From NCBI GenBank assembly GCA_038226395.1, contig JBBRQM010000004.1, forward strand, positions 5,243 through 69,242: a DNA stretch of 64,000 nucleotides, read 5' to 3'. A program made the position numbers and the translations under genes. Origin of the DNA: Pyrinomonadales bacterium (GTDB taxonomy: Bacteria > Acidobacteriota > Blastocatellia > Pyrinomonadales > Pyrinomonadaceae). Numbering within the stretch: position 1 is the stretch's first letter; every line of letters starts with the position of its first letter. Below are positions 52,186 through 62,001 of the stretch, in pieces. Below the pieces are notes generated by a model. That model was not told the DNA's origin, made no database searches, and was given only the letters and a program-made list of their open reading frames with translations.

Positions 52186-52393
52186 TCACGATCTGCCCGT
52201 TGCTAAAGAGCTTAGCCGCAAACTTGATAACCTCGGCAACCTGCTCTTTTGACACGGTTGGGTAGTTTTCCAAAAACGAATCAATTTTTCCGTCTTCAAG
52301 GTAATCAAACAGGATCGAGATCGGAACTCTCGTACCCATAAATACAGGCGTGCCGCTCATTATTTCTTTGTCAATATTTATCGCGTTAATCAT
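52169..52393 (-). CDS. DUF433 putative antitoxin
   Basis: IMSGTPVFMGTRVPISILFDYLEDG is the DUF433 core. Confidence 0.8.
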   Translation of the reverse strand: MINAINIDKEIMSGTPVFMGTRVPISILFDYLEDGKIDSFLENYPTVSKEQVAEVIKFAAKLFSNGQIVNENLN

Positions 52394-52419
52394 AAGGAAA
52401 TTCTAGCACTAATTCGAGA

Positions 52420-53844
52420 CTACACAAACATCTTACCTGGATTCAAAATCCCGTTAGGATCAAAGACTTTTTTGATGCCTTTCATGACTTCGAGGGTTGG
52501 TTTATCGATGGCATAGCTGAGATATGGGGCTTTGACATAGCCGATGCCGTGCTCGCCGGAGATGGTGCCGCCGAGAGCGACGGAGAGAGCAAATGTCTCG
52601 GCGACGCACTGGCGGGCGCGGGCAATCGCGGCAGCGTCATCTCGGTCAACCACGAAATTGACATGAATATTGCCGTCACCGGCGTGGCCAAAATTAGCTA
52701 CAAAGATATTATGCCGTTTACCGATCTCCTCGATCTTAGCGACAAGCTCAGGCACTTTGGAACGCGGGACGACTACATCCTCGTTGATCTTAAGCGTGCC
52801 GTATTTCATCAGGCTGGGCGAGATCGCACGGCGGACGTCCCAGAGTTTGTCTTCGTCTTCTTTTGACGCTGCCCGGAGGATGTCAAAACCACCGTTTTCT
52901 CCGATGATGCGCTCGATGGTTTGTGTATTTTTCGCAACTTCTTCGCGAGAGCCATCGACCGCTATGAGCAGGATGGCCTCGGCGTCTTTTGACAAACCGA
53001 AAGCAAAATTCTCTTCCACCGCCGCGACACAGAACTTGTCGATGACCTCCATCGCCATTGGCAAGAGGCCCTCAGGCGTGAATTTGGTCAGCACCTTGCA
53101 CGCCGCCTCCATTGAGCGGAAATTTGCCCGCACGGTCGAGGTCGCCTCGGGGATCGGGAGCAATTTAAGCGTCGCCTCAGTTATGATGCCGAGCATACCT
53201 TCCGATCCGCACATCAGACCTGTCAGGTCGAAACCGACGACATTTTTTACCGTCTTGCCGCCGGTGTGAATGACCTCGCCGGTCGCAGTTACGACTTCGA
53301 GCCCTAACACATGATGCTTTGTAACGCCGTATTTTGGCGTGCGCATCCCGCCGGCATTTTCGGCGATGTTCCCGCCGATGAACGAATCTTTATACGAAGC
53401 CGGGTCGGGCGCAAACATCAGCCCCTGCTTTTCCACGGCCTGCTGTAGTTCAAATGTCCGGATACCGGGCTGAGAGACAGCATATAGATCGTCCACATTG
53501 ATCTCGATTATCCGGTTCATTCGGTCGGTGCCGATGACGATGCCGCCGTCGATCGGGACCGCGCCGCCCGTGTAACCAACACCGCCGCCACGGGCAGTAA
53601 CAGGGAACAAATACTCGTTAGCCAGCTTCAAAATAGCGACCATCTGAGCAGTTGATCCGGGAAAAACGACCGCTTCGGGCGGGAATTTTTCCTTTACGGC
53701 GTCTGCACCATACGGTTCGACCTTGACGGGATCTGCGATGACATTCTCGACGCCGACTATTGCACACAGTTTTTCCAAAACCTCAGGCTTCGACACACTT
53801 GTAGTCGCCCGGCCCTTTGAATTGAAATGAATAGACTCGAACAT
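52420..53844 (-). CDS. FAD-linked oxidase, GlcD-like
   Basis: FAD-binding PCMH-type N-terminal domain (ARGGGVGYTGGAVP). C-terminal GEHGIGYVK and DPNGILNPGK. Confidence 0.88.
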   Translation of the reverse strand: MFESIHFNSKGRATTSVSKPEVLEKLCAIVGVENVIADPVKVEPYGADAVKEKFPPEAVVFPGSTAQMVAILKLANEYLFPVTARGGGVGYTGGAVPIDGGIVIGTDRMNRIIEINVDDLYAVSQPGIRTFELQQAVEKQGLMFAPDPASYKDSFIGGNIAENAGGMRTPKYGVTKHHVLGLEVVTATGEVIHTGGKTVKNVVGFDLTGLMCGSEGMLGIITEATLKLLPIPEATSTVRANFRSMEAACKVLTKFTPEGLLPMAMEVIDKFCVAAVEENFAFGLSKDAEAILLIAVDGSREEVAKNTQTIERIIGENGGFDILRAASKEDEDKLWDVRRAISPSLMKYGTLKINEDVVVPRSKVPELVAKIEEIGKRHNIFVANFGHAGDGNIHVNFVVDRDDAAAIARARQCVAETFALSVALGGTISGEHGIGYVKAPYLSYAIDKPTLEVMKGIKKVFDPNGILNPGKMFV

Positions 53845-53967
53845 CAGTTTCTAATCCTAACAAAAATACCAAATTAGCAACATATCTGCTAAACTCTCAA
53901 AAAATCCGCAAATTTGATTGAAAGCTGTTGTTCCCGAATCGGAAAGTCACAGCGAAAAATACAAATT

Positions 53968-55485
53968 ATGAAACTGCCAAAGATCTCTTTGACCTGGAAG
54001 ATAATGATCGGCCTCGTGCTCGGCATTTTTCTCGGCTGGCTTATTCACAAACTCGATGTCGAATCGGGGAACCACATGGTTTTCGGCATGCAGACACAGA
54101 CGGTTTTGGCATTTGCCCGCTCACTTTCTACACTGTTTCTTAACCTCATTAAATCGATCATTGCTCCGTTGATCTTTGCGACTTTGGTTGTTGGTATATC
54201 GGGGACGGGCGATATAAAGCAAGTCGGAAGGATCGGCATTAAGGCACTCCTTTATTTTGAGATCGTGACGACGATCGCCCTATTTATAGGTCTCGCGGCG
54301 GTCAATATCACGCGACCGGGCGAGGGCGTTTCGCTCGCGGGTGTGTCAAAGAGCGATAACAAGGCGACCCTGGCACAAAAAGCGCAGGACTTTTCAAAAG
54401 AGGCAAACGACGCCGCGAAAAAGGCAGATGAGCTTCGCGCACAAGCAGCGACAAATCCAAATGCGATGGCGGAAGCCAATCAGCAATCGACCATCGCCAC
54501 CCAAAAGGCTGCCGATGCCGCTGACGCAGTCGCCAGAGGCCTGACAGCGGACGACCCGCCGGCCAAACCGCAAACATTTGGCGACATTCTCGCCCATCTT
54601 TCGCCGACCTCGATCATCAAGGCGATGGCCGACGGCGATGTGCTGCAGATCGTCGTCTTTTCGGTCATATTTGCGCTTGCCGTGACGGCAATCGGAAAAA
54701 AGGCAAAACCCGTGGTTGAGTGGTGCCAGTCGCTGGCCGATATTATGTTCCGCTTTACGGAATACGTGATGAAATTTGCCCCAATCGGCGTTGGTGCGGC
54801 AATGGCATTTACCATCGGGCATAACGAAAAAGGGCTCGAAGTATTAAAGAATCTGGGTGCGCTAGTACTGACGCTTTACGGCGCATTGGTCGTTTTCGCG
54901 ACAGTCGTTTTGCTACCGATAGCACTCGCATTTAGGGTTCCGCTCAAGGATTTCTTTAATGCGGTAAAAACCCCGGCGTCGATTGCATTTGCAACGACGT
55001 CGAGCGAATCGGCCTTGCCAAAGGCAATGGAAAATCTCGCCCGGCTCGGTGTTCCGCGGCGAATCGTCGGCTTTGTTTTGCCAACCGGATATAGCTTTAA
55101 CCTTGACGGGACGACGCTCTATTTGGCCCTCGCGTCAGTGTTTGTCGCCCAGGCAGCGGGCGTTCAGATGTCGTGGGGCGATCAGATCCTGATGGTGGCC
55201 GTGCTGATGCTGACGTCGAAGGGCGTTGCGGGTGTTCCGCGAGCGTCGCTCGTCATTCTGCTTGGGACACTCGCCTCGTTCAAATTGCCTGTCGAGGGCG
55301 TGATCCTGATCCTCGGCGTTGACGAGCTGATGGACATGGCCCGCACCGCGATCAACGTGATCGGCAACTGCCTTGCCACGGTCGTAATTGCGAAATGGGA
55401 AAACGCTTTCCGCAACGAAGAATGGCTCAGGGAAGAGGCCGAACTCGAGGCCGTCACTGGCCAGAGCGCGATCGTCACGGCCTAA
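53968..55485 (+). CDS. dicarboxylate/amino acid:cation symporter (DAACS/GltP family)
   Basis: FATTSSESALP, NLDGT and VDELMDMARTAINVIGN are DAACS blocks. Start taken at MKLPKISL. It has a long Ala/Lys/Gln-rich insertion after TM3. Confidence 0.88.
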   Translation: MKLPKISLTWKIMIGLVLGIFLGWLIHKLDVESGNHMVFGMQTQTVLAFARSLSTLFLNLIKSIIAPLIFATLVVGISGTGDIKQVGRIGIKALLYFEIVTTIALFIGLAAVNITRPGEGVSLAGVSKSDNKATLAQKAQDFSKEANDAAKKADELRAQAATNPNAMAEANQQSTIATQKAADAADAVARGLTADDPPAKPQTFGDILAHLSPTSIIKAMADGDVLQIVVFSVIFALAVTAIGKKAKPVVEWCQSLADIMFRFTEYVMKFAPIGVGAAMAFTIGHNEKGLEVLKNLGALVLTLYGALVVFATVVLLPIALAFRVPLKDFFNAVKTPASIAFATTSSESALPKAMENLARLGVPRRIVGFVLPTGYSFNLDGTTLYLALASVFVAQAAGVQMSWGDQILMVAVLMLTSKGVAGVPRASLVILLGTLASFKLPVEGVILILGVDELMDMARTAINVIGNCLATVVIAKWENAFRNEEWLREEAELEAVTGQSAIVTA

Positions 55486-55486
55486 T

Positions 55487-56458
55487 ATGTCTGATCCATG
55501 CCGAATTTGCAGTAACCTAGAGGGCAATCGTGTCCATATCGCCCACGAGATGATGTTTGGCACGCGGGACGAGTTTGAGTATCTCGAATGCGGAAGTTGC
55601 GGTACGCTGCAGATCGCCGTGGTTCCAGATCTGGCGAAATACTATCCATCGACCTATTACTCACTCGATGCCGGAGCCGCCGGTGAAGTTAAACTCCGAC
55701 GCCGGATGGCGATGCCCCTGATTGGCCGGCACATTGTAACCGGACGCGGGCGCATCGGGCAATATCTGGCTAAGATCCGGCCGGCGATCATTGACCTTTT
55801 CCCGCAATCCTTACGCGATCCTATCCTCTCGCTCGACTTCGATACGAAAATTCTGGATTTTGGCTGTGGAAACGGCGAACTCCTGCGACGACTGAGGAAA
55901 TTCGGATTTCTGAAGCTTACCGGCTCGGACGCATTTATTGAAAAAGATATTAATTGCGGAAACGGATTGCGTATCTTAAAACGCAATTTGGACGAGCTCA
56001 ATCCTAGTTACGATTTGATAATGCTCCACCATTCGTTTGAGCATCTGCCTGATCCGCTTGATGCAATGTCGCATCTTCACCGGCTTCTAAAGCCGGGCAA
56101 GATATGCCTGATCCGCATCCCGCTGGTCAATTACGCTTGGGAGAAATACGGCGTCAATTGGGCTCAGTTGGACCCGCCGAGGCATTTATTTCTCTATACT
56201 GAGCGCAGTTTTGCCCGGCTTGCCGAAAATGGCGGATTTATGGTCGAAAAGATCGTTTATGATTCGGAAGCCTTTCAGTTTTTTGGGAGCGAACAATACG
56301 CTCGCGATATTTCACTAAATGATCCGAGGGCCTATCGGGGGATAATTTCAGAGAGTATTTTTACACCTAAGCAGCTCGATGCCTGGGAAAAAGAGGCCGT
56401 AGAATTGAATAAGAATGGCAGAGGCGATCAAGCCTGTTTTTATCTTAGAAAGGTATGA
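55487..56458 (+). CDS. class I SAM-dependent methyltransferase with N-terminal zinc-ribbon
   Basis: CRICSN...CGSCGT. SAM motif I ILDFGCGNGELL. Start taken at MSDPCRIC (55487), 1 nt after the transporter stop. Confidence 0.75.
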   Translation: MSDPCRICSNLEGNRVHIAHEMMFGTRDEFEYLECGSCGTLQIAVVPDLAKYYPSTYYSLDAGAAGEVKLRRRMAMPLIGRHIVTGRGRIGQYLAKIRPAIIDLFPQSLRDPILSLDFDTKILDFGCGNGELLRRLRKFGFLKLTGSDAFIEKDINCGNGLRILKRNLDELNPSYDLIMLHHSFEHLPDPLDAMSHLHRLLKPGKICLIRIPLVNYAWEKYGVNWAQLDPPRHLFLYTERSFARLAENGGFMVEKIVYDSEAFQFFGSEQYARDISLNDPRAYRGIISESIFTPKQLDAWEKEAVELNKNGRGDQACFYLRKV

Positions 56459-56464
56459 CCGGAT

Positions 56465-57706
56465 CTAAATCTTTCGGCTGTCCCACTTTAAAACTGGCCT
56501 GATGACGCCAGGGATAGGCCCGGCAAAATCCCCGCGGGCAGTGTCGCCATCGAGACTATCGACGACATTAAATGTAACAGCATCCCATTCGACAAAGTGA
56601 ACCTCCATCGGCTTATAAGTCGATAAAGCCGCTCCTACAAATACCGTGCCTTCAGATAAAAAGTTACCGGGTATCCAAACCGTGCTTTTGAATTCTCCGG
56701 TGGTGCGTGGCGTATCACGCCATCCGCTGTCCCAATCGTGCGAAACAAATATACAGGTGCCCGATTCGTCAAAGAAGTGCAGATTGGCGACCATCACCTT
56801 GCCGGGCTGCAAAATCTCATAGGTCATCTCAACGCCAACAGGCCGCCCGATGTCGGCAGAATGAATCGTATTGCCGTCCTCATCACAAACCCTGACGCCG
56901 CGAAGCCGGGCATATTCATTGCCCGGTGCATCCTCAGAAATATCCCATCGCTGTTCTGCGCCGGTTTTCGATTGCTCATGCAGATATTCGCCGACGACTT
57001 TTTTTGCCTCACCGTCCGATTGGATGCGGCCGCCGTTTAACCAGATCACCCGCTCGCACAAACGCGTGACGGCGTTCATATCGTGAGAGACAAAAAGAAC
57101 CGTCCTTCCTTTTTCACCGACGGAGCGCATCTTGCCGAGGCATTTTTTTTGAAACGAAACGTCGCCGACCGCGAGCACTTCGTCCACGATCAACACCTCT
57201 GGCTCCAAGTGAGCGGCCACCGAAAATGCGAGCCTCATATACATCCCGCTTGAGTAATGTTTGACTGGCGTATCGAGAAACTGCTCAATCTCTGAGAAGG
57301 CAACGATCTCGTCAAATTTACTCTCGATCTCGGCCCGTTTCATGCCGAGGATGGCCCCATTTAAATAGATATTTTCGCGACCCGTAAGTTCACTGTGAAA
57401 ACCCGTGCCAACCTCGAGCAAACTCCCGACCCGTCCGCGGATCATGGCCGAGCCGCTTGTCGGTTTGGTTATCCGGGACAGTATCTTTAAAAGCGTCGAT
57501 TTTCCGGCCCCGTTGCGCCCGATTATTCCGAGCGTTTCGCCGGCGCCGGTCTCAAAGCTCACGTCACGCAGCGCCCAAAGCTTGTTTTTATCGCCGGCAG
57601 GTCGGCGAACATGGAGTATCTTGACGATCGCATCCCGCAGCGAATTGGGCAGCCGGTCGCCGAGATAAAAGAGCTTTGAAAGATTTTCTACCTGGATGGT
57701 TTTCAT
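56465..57706 (-). CDS. wzt: polysaccharide ABC exporter ATP-binding protein (Wzt/TagH type) with C-terminal glycan-binding-like domain
   Basis: Walker A GRNGAGKSTLLK, signature SSGMYMRL, Walker B LIVDEVL, plus a C-terminal beta-rich extension of about 170 aa. Confidence 0.85.
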   Translation of the reverse strand: MKTIQVENLSKLFYLGDRLPNSLRDAIVKILHVRRPAGDKNKLWALRDVSFETGAGETLGIIGRNGAGKSTLLKILSRITKPTSGSAMIRGRVGSLLEVGTGFHSELTGRENIYLNGAILGMKRAEIESKFDEIVAFSEIEQFLDTPVKHYSSGMYMRLAFSVAAHLEPEVLIVDEVLAVGDVSFQKKCLGKMRSVGEKGRTVLFVSHDMNAVTRLCERVIWLNGGRIQSDGEAKKVVGEYLHEQSKTGAEQRWDISEDAPGNEYARLRGVRVCDEDGNTIHSADIGRPVGVEMTYEILQPGKVMVANLHFFDESGTCIFVSHDWDSGWRDTPRTTGEFKSTVWIPGNFLSEGTVFVGAALSTYKPMEVHFVEWDAVTFNVVDSLDGDTARGDFAGPIPGVIRPVLKWDSRKI

Positions 57707-57723
57707 AAATCGAGCCGGGGACG

Positions 57724-58557
57724 TTATACAATGTCCGCGAAATCGTCCTCCATCCATTTGAATATAAAGATCGAGAAAAGAAATATGACCGCGACGGAGA
57801 TCGAGGATATTCCTATAACCGGCCAGTCAAAACCGGTCCCAAACAACGCTCCGCGAAAGCCTTCGAGAATGCCGGTAAGCGGATTTATCGCAAAGATAAG
57901 CTTCCATTTGTCGGACAGTAGCGAGGCCGGATAGAAAATGGGTGACCCTATCATCCACACCTGCAGCATAAACGGCAACGCAAATTTTACATCGCGAAAA
58001 CGCACGTTCAATGCCGAAAAAAGAATGCCAAACGAGATCGTCAGGATAATCGCGAGAATCACAAATAATGGCGCCAGGGCGATCTGCCATGTCACACCTG
58101 TGCCGTAATAGATCATGAACAAAACCAGGATCGCAAGGCTAATTACAAGATCGACCAGTCCGGCCAAAGCGGCGGCGACCGGAAGGATGATCCGTGGAAA
58201 AAAGACTTTGGTGACCAAATTTGTGTTACCGACAAAGCTGCCGCTCGCCATCGTCACCGATGTATTTACATAGAGCCAGACCAACAGTCCGCTTAGAGCA
58301 AATAGCGGGTAAGCAACATTGCCCGTATCAAATCTGGCAAATTTGCTAAATATAACTGTAAATATCGCCACGGTTAGGACCGGCTGCAGCACCGCCCAAC
58401 TGACACCAATCGCCGTTTGTTTATAGCGGATCTTTACGTCGCGCTGCGTGAGATAATAGAGCAGTTCACGATGCCGCCAGAGGCCGCCGAAATCGAGATT
58501 TATCCACGAACCGCTTGGTTTTATAAATGTTGTTAGAATGGTCTTTTCGGTTTGCAA
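57724..58557 (-). CDS. wzm: ABC-2 type polysaccharide exporter permease (Wzm type)
   Basis: 277 aa. RDVKIRYKQTAIGVSWAVLQP is the ABC-2 motif. Six predicted TM segments. Confidence 0.85.
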   Translation of the reverse strand: MQTEKTILTTFIKPSGSWINLDFGGLWRHRELLYYLTQRDVKIRYKQTAIGVSWAVLQPVLTVAIFTVIFSKFARFDTGNVAYPLFALSGLLVWLYVNTSVTMASGSFVGNTNLVTKVFFPRIILPVAAALAGLVDLVISLAILVLFMIYYGTGVTWQIALAPLFVILAIILTISFGILFSALNVRFRDVKFALPFMLQVWMIGSPIFYPASLLSDKWKLIFAINPLTGILEGFRGALFGTGFDWPVIGISSISVAVIFLFSIFIFKWMEDDFADIV

Positions 58558-58677
58558 TGGTTTGCGCTTTTGCTGTTACGGTAAATTTACCAAAAGCTAT
58601 TTGTAGCACATATTACCAAAACGAAGCACCGGGCGAGAGGCTTTGATCAGGATTACAGCGACAATTTATGATGAAAA

Positions 58678-59700
58678 TTATTTGCCGGTCAGAAGCAGTT
58701 TTAGAAATTCGCGGTCGTCAAATGTCGCGAGGCGCCCCTGGCGGACAATGACCATGTCGAGCGACGGTATAATATACAGCCGTTGATTCGCGGCCCCGGC
58801 GGCCATGTACAAATCGCTGACACCGTATGCAAAACCCAACTCGCCAATATTACCGAAATTCCCGCCAACAGACTGGCCGGTCGGCCCAACGCCGCCTTTT
58901 TTGTTGAGCCAGAACGAAATGCCGTATGCGGGATTGGCTTTTGACCCGATCACAAGTTCGTCGAGAAGCGGTTTTTTGACGATCTGCTTGCCGTTCCACT
59001 TACCGCCGTTCTTGAGAAAAAGGCCAAATTTTACCCATTCGCGTGCCGTCAGATTTGCCCCCTGCGGCAGCAGAGGCTGGCCGTTCTCAATATGCCAGGA
59101 TGCGACGTTTAGCCCGATCGGATTTAGAATGCGCCGCTTTAGATAATCCATCACCGACTCGTTTTTTGGCTTTAATTTGCGTGTCATCATCTCGCCAAAG
59201 ATCTGAAACGGAGCCGGGCCGTATTCAAAATGCGTTCCGGGATCATATTTTGATGAAAACTTAATCGCATCGGCATAAGCCGGAACGCGGCCAATCTGGC
59301 CGGCATCGATTCCGCTCGTCAGCGACAGCAGTTGCCGTATTGTTATCTTTGATTTTTGCCCATCGCTTTTCCATTCAGTGATCGTGTCAGAGACTTTTTC
59401 GTCAAAACCGGAGATCATCTTGTCCTCGATAGCCGCCGCCAGCATGACGCCGGAAAACGATTTTGTGCCACTCGCCAACATCCACGGCGTATCGGCCGTA
59501 AATCCGTTCTCGTAATCCTCGAAAACGACTGCATCGCCCTTCATCACTAAAACTGAGATGCCGCGGTGCTCGGTGGAATATGCCGCCGCTGATTTGTAAC
59601 TCTGCTGATCGGTTTGTGGCTGCGCCGTTTGAGCGGATACATGACAACCGGCACAATATAGGACAAACGACAGAGCGGCTGATTTTGCAAGATGATTCAT
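58678..59700 (-). CDS. serine hydrolase, beta-lactamase/PBP4-like family
   Basis: Signal peptide and SxxK motif (ASGTKSF). Confidence 0.78.
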   Translation of the reverse strand: MNHLAKSAALSFVLYCAGCHVSAQTAQPQTDQQSYKSAAAYSTEHRGISVLVMKGDAVVFEDYENGFTADTPWMLASGTKSFSGVMLAAAIEDKMISGFDEKVSDTITEWKSDGQKSKITIRQLLSLTSGIDAGQIGRVPAYADAIKFSSKYDPGTHFEYGPAPFQIFGEMMTRKLKPKNESVMDYLKRRILNPIGLNVASWHIENGQPLLPQGANLTAREWVKFGLFLKNGGKWNGKQIVKKPLLDELVIGSKANPAYGISFWLNKKGGVGPTGQSVGGNFGNIGELGFAYGVSDLYMAAGAANQRLYIIPSLDMVIVRQGRLATFDDREFLKLLLTGK

Positions 59701-59772
59701 ATTCCAGATAGACCAAGAGCCGGATATCAGTCGAAAACGCTGATTACCGGCCCGTTGGTTTTTCTCCTTGAT

Positions 59773-61794
59773 CTATTGGCGTTGAAACTCAGGCGTCCCA
59801 AGCACCAAACTTACTACCTTAAAGACATCGGGATTGCCGCTCGGCGGCAGCAAACGAGCCTGCCGGTTGCCACGTCCACCCTGTTGACCCGGCCTTAAGT
59901 TTGTCATCGTCAATTCCGCATCTTCTGTTTGATCAGGCGCTTTAACGGCCGGCAGCGGCTGGTCTATTTGTTTCAAGAGCATCGCCCTTGTACTCGGCGA
60001 GATATCGTTATTCAGAACGGTGGCGACTGTTTTATCCAATAACGCCGACTTGTCTTTTCCATCGTAACCCTTAAGATCGACTCGCGTTCCGGGTATCTGA
60101 TTGCCGGCCAGAGCGATGGCATAGTTTAATCTCTCAAGCAGGGCCCCGGTGTTGACCCAGTCCTCAGCCATGTCTGGATAGCCTGTCGGAGCCTGATAAC
60201 CATACGGGACCTCGCCCAGCTTATTGAGCATAGCAAGCATTGGCGGCCCGGCATTGGTATCGGCGCCGATGGCTCGGATTGAGCTGATAGCAAGTTCATA
60301 CGGCGTCTTGATCTTTGCCCGGTAAGTTTCCGGTGCAAAAAATTCCTTGTCAGAGAATATCGCCCGCAGAGTGGTTTTGATGTCGCCGCCCGACTTATGA
60401 AAGGCGTCCGCGACACGCGAGACAAGAGCGTCGCTGGGATTGTCACTGACAAATTTGATTGCGAGTTTGCGGGCGATGAATTTCGCCGTAGCCGGGCTAT
60501 TTACCAGAATATTGAGCACCTTGAGGCCGTCTTTCATCCCGCCATCGTCGATCTTTTGACCGAGCACGGTCTTTGATCCGCCCTCATGCCAGCGCTGGTT
60601 AAAGTAAAACTGGCCGCTGTCAACGTTATCCGGTATTCCCTGTGACCGGGCGAGGCGATCCATCCGCTGGTCCTCGTTACCCTTGATCTCGGCGGCGGCG
60701 GCGCGGCGGTAACCTTGCGGATCGGCGATCGTCCAACCGGTAAAGCACTTTGCGACCTCGATGATGTCTTGTTGCGAATATCCGCCATCAACGCCGAGCG
60801 TATGCAGCTCCATCAATTCGCGGGCATAGTTCTCGTTGATGCCGCGTTTTTGGCGTGGTTTGGCGGCTTGCTGAGGATTGGTTTGCATTTGCTTTAGACG
60901 CTGATCAAGTTGGACGTCATTTACGCCGTATTGCTGTTTTAGACGCTCACGAGCCTGCGGCGGCAGTTGACCTCCGTTCTTGAGCAATTGCTGTAAACCC
61001 TGTCCGTTGCCACGTCCACCGGGCGTGGGTGAATTTGGCGATACGGACTGGAAATTATCCAAATAAAATAGCATCGCCGGATGCTGCGCCGTGCCCACCA
61101 GAAGATCCCTAAAATTACCCAGCGCATTCGGGCGAAGGACGTCGCGCTCGTAGCTCGGGATATACCAACGAACCGCAGCCTTGCCGGCGTAAACGTTGAA
61201 ATGGTTTTGCCAGAAATCGACCATTACCTCCTGAAGCTGGCGCTCAGAATAGACGTCGCGCAAGATGCGGTTTGACGTTATCTGCGGGAGCAGCGTGGCT
61301 GCGGGCCGCAGGTCGTATTTCGCATAGTAATCGCGAAGCTTCTGCTGACGCTCCTGGCGGTCTTTGTCCGTAATTTCCTGATTAGCATTCGCATTAGGGG
61401 TGGCATTTTGGTTTGCGGCGGCCTGTTTTTTTCCAGTTCCGTCAAGCATACGCAAAAGGGCTCCGGGATTCGGGTATTTTGCAAAAAGCTCGGCCGTAGA
61501 TAAATTGAATATCTCGATATTCTTGACCTTTGCATCCGCAATCGAATCGTCGATTGCCGACGGGTTCATCTGCTGATCGATGTATTTTTGCAGGCCGATC
61601 GCCTTTACCTTTTCAAGGTCGCCGGGTCTCGAGCCAAAGCCCAGCCGGTTTAGGACGTGAAGGATCTTTTGATCCTCGGTCAGCGGCTTGGCATTTGGCG
61701 GTTGGGCGCCTCCAAAAGCGAAAATTGGTGCGCAAAGCGAGAGACTCATTATCAAAACCGTTAGTTGCCGAATTGCGAGAATGCTTTTTTTCAT
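59773..61794 (-). CDS. DUF1800 domain protein
   Basis: HVLNRLGFGSRPGDLEKV, HFNVY and ARELMELHTLGVDGGYSQ are DUF1800 blocks. Confidence 0.8.
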   Translation of the reverse strand: MKKSILAIRQLTVLIMSLSLCAPIFAFGGAQPPNAKPLTEDQKILHVLNRLGFGSRPGDLEKVKAIGLQKYIDQQMNPSAIDDSIADAKVKNIEIFNLSTAELFAKYPNPGALLRMLDGTGKKQAAANQNATPNANANQEITDKDRQERQQKLRDYYAKYDLRPAATLLPQITSNRILRDVYSERQLQEVMVDFWQNHFNVYAGKAAVRWYIPSYERDVLRPNALGNFRDLLVGTAQHPAMLFYLDNFQSVSPNSPTPGGRGNGQGLQQLLKNGGQLPPQARERLKQQYGVNDVQLDQRLKQMQTNPQQAAKPRQKRGINENYARELMELHTLGVDGGYSQQDIIEVAKCFTGWTIADPQGYRRAAAAEIKGNEDQRMDRLARSQGIPDNVDSGQFYFNQRWHEGGSKTVLGQKIDDGGMKDGLKVLNILVNSPATAKFIARKLAIKFVSDNPSDALVSRVADAFHKSGGDIKTTLRAIFSDKEFFAPETYRAKIKTPYELAISSIRAIGADTNAGPPMLAMLNKLGEVPYGYQAPTGYPDMAEDWVNTGALLERLNYAIALAGNQIPGTRVDLKGYDGKDKSALLDKTVATVLNNDISPSTRAMLLKQIDQPLPAVKAPDQTEDAELTMTNLRPGQQGGRGNRQARLLPPSGNPDVFKVVSLVLGTPEFQRQ

Positions 61795-62001
61795 AACTTT
61801 TACCTCAAATATGCGATTGCTCAGAATGTTTCCATATGGTTAGACGAACGAAATCCGCCGATAGGCGAAAAAAGTGGCGCTCTGGCATCGAACGGCAAAA
61901 CCGCTGTGGACAACAGCCCACGCCATTGTTACATCAAAACATCGATATTTGCCTCAGATTGCGGTAGAATATGCACGACCGAACACGGTAAATTACAAAA
62001 A

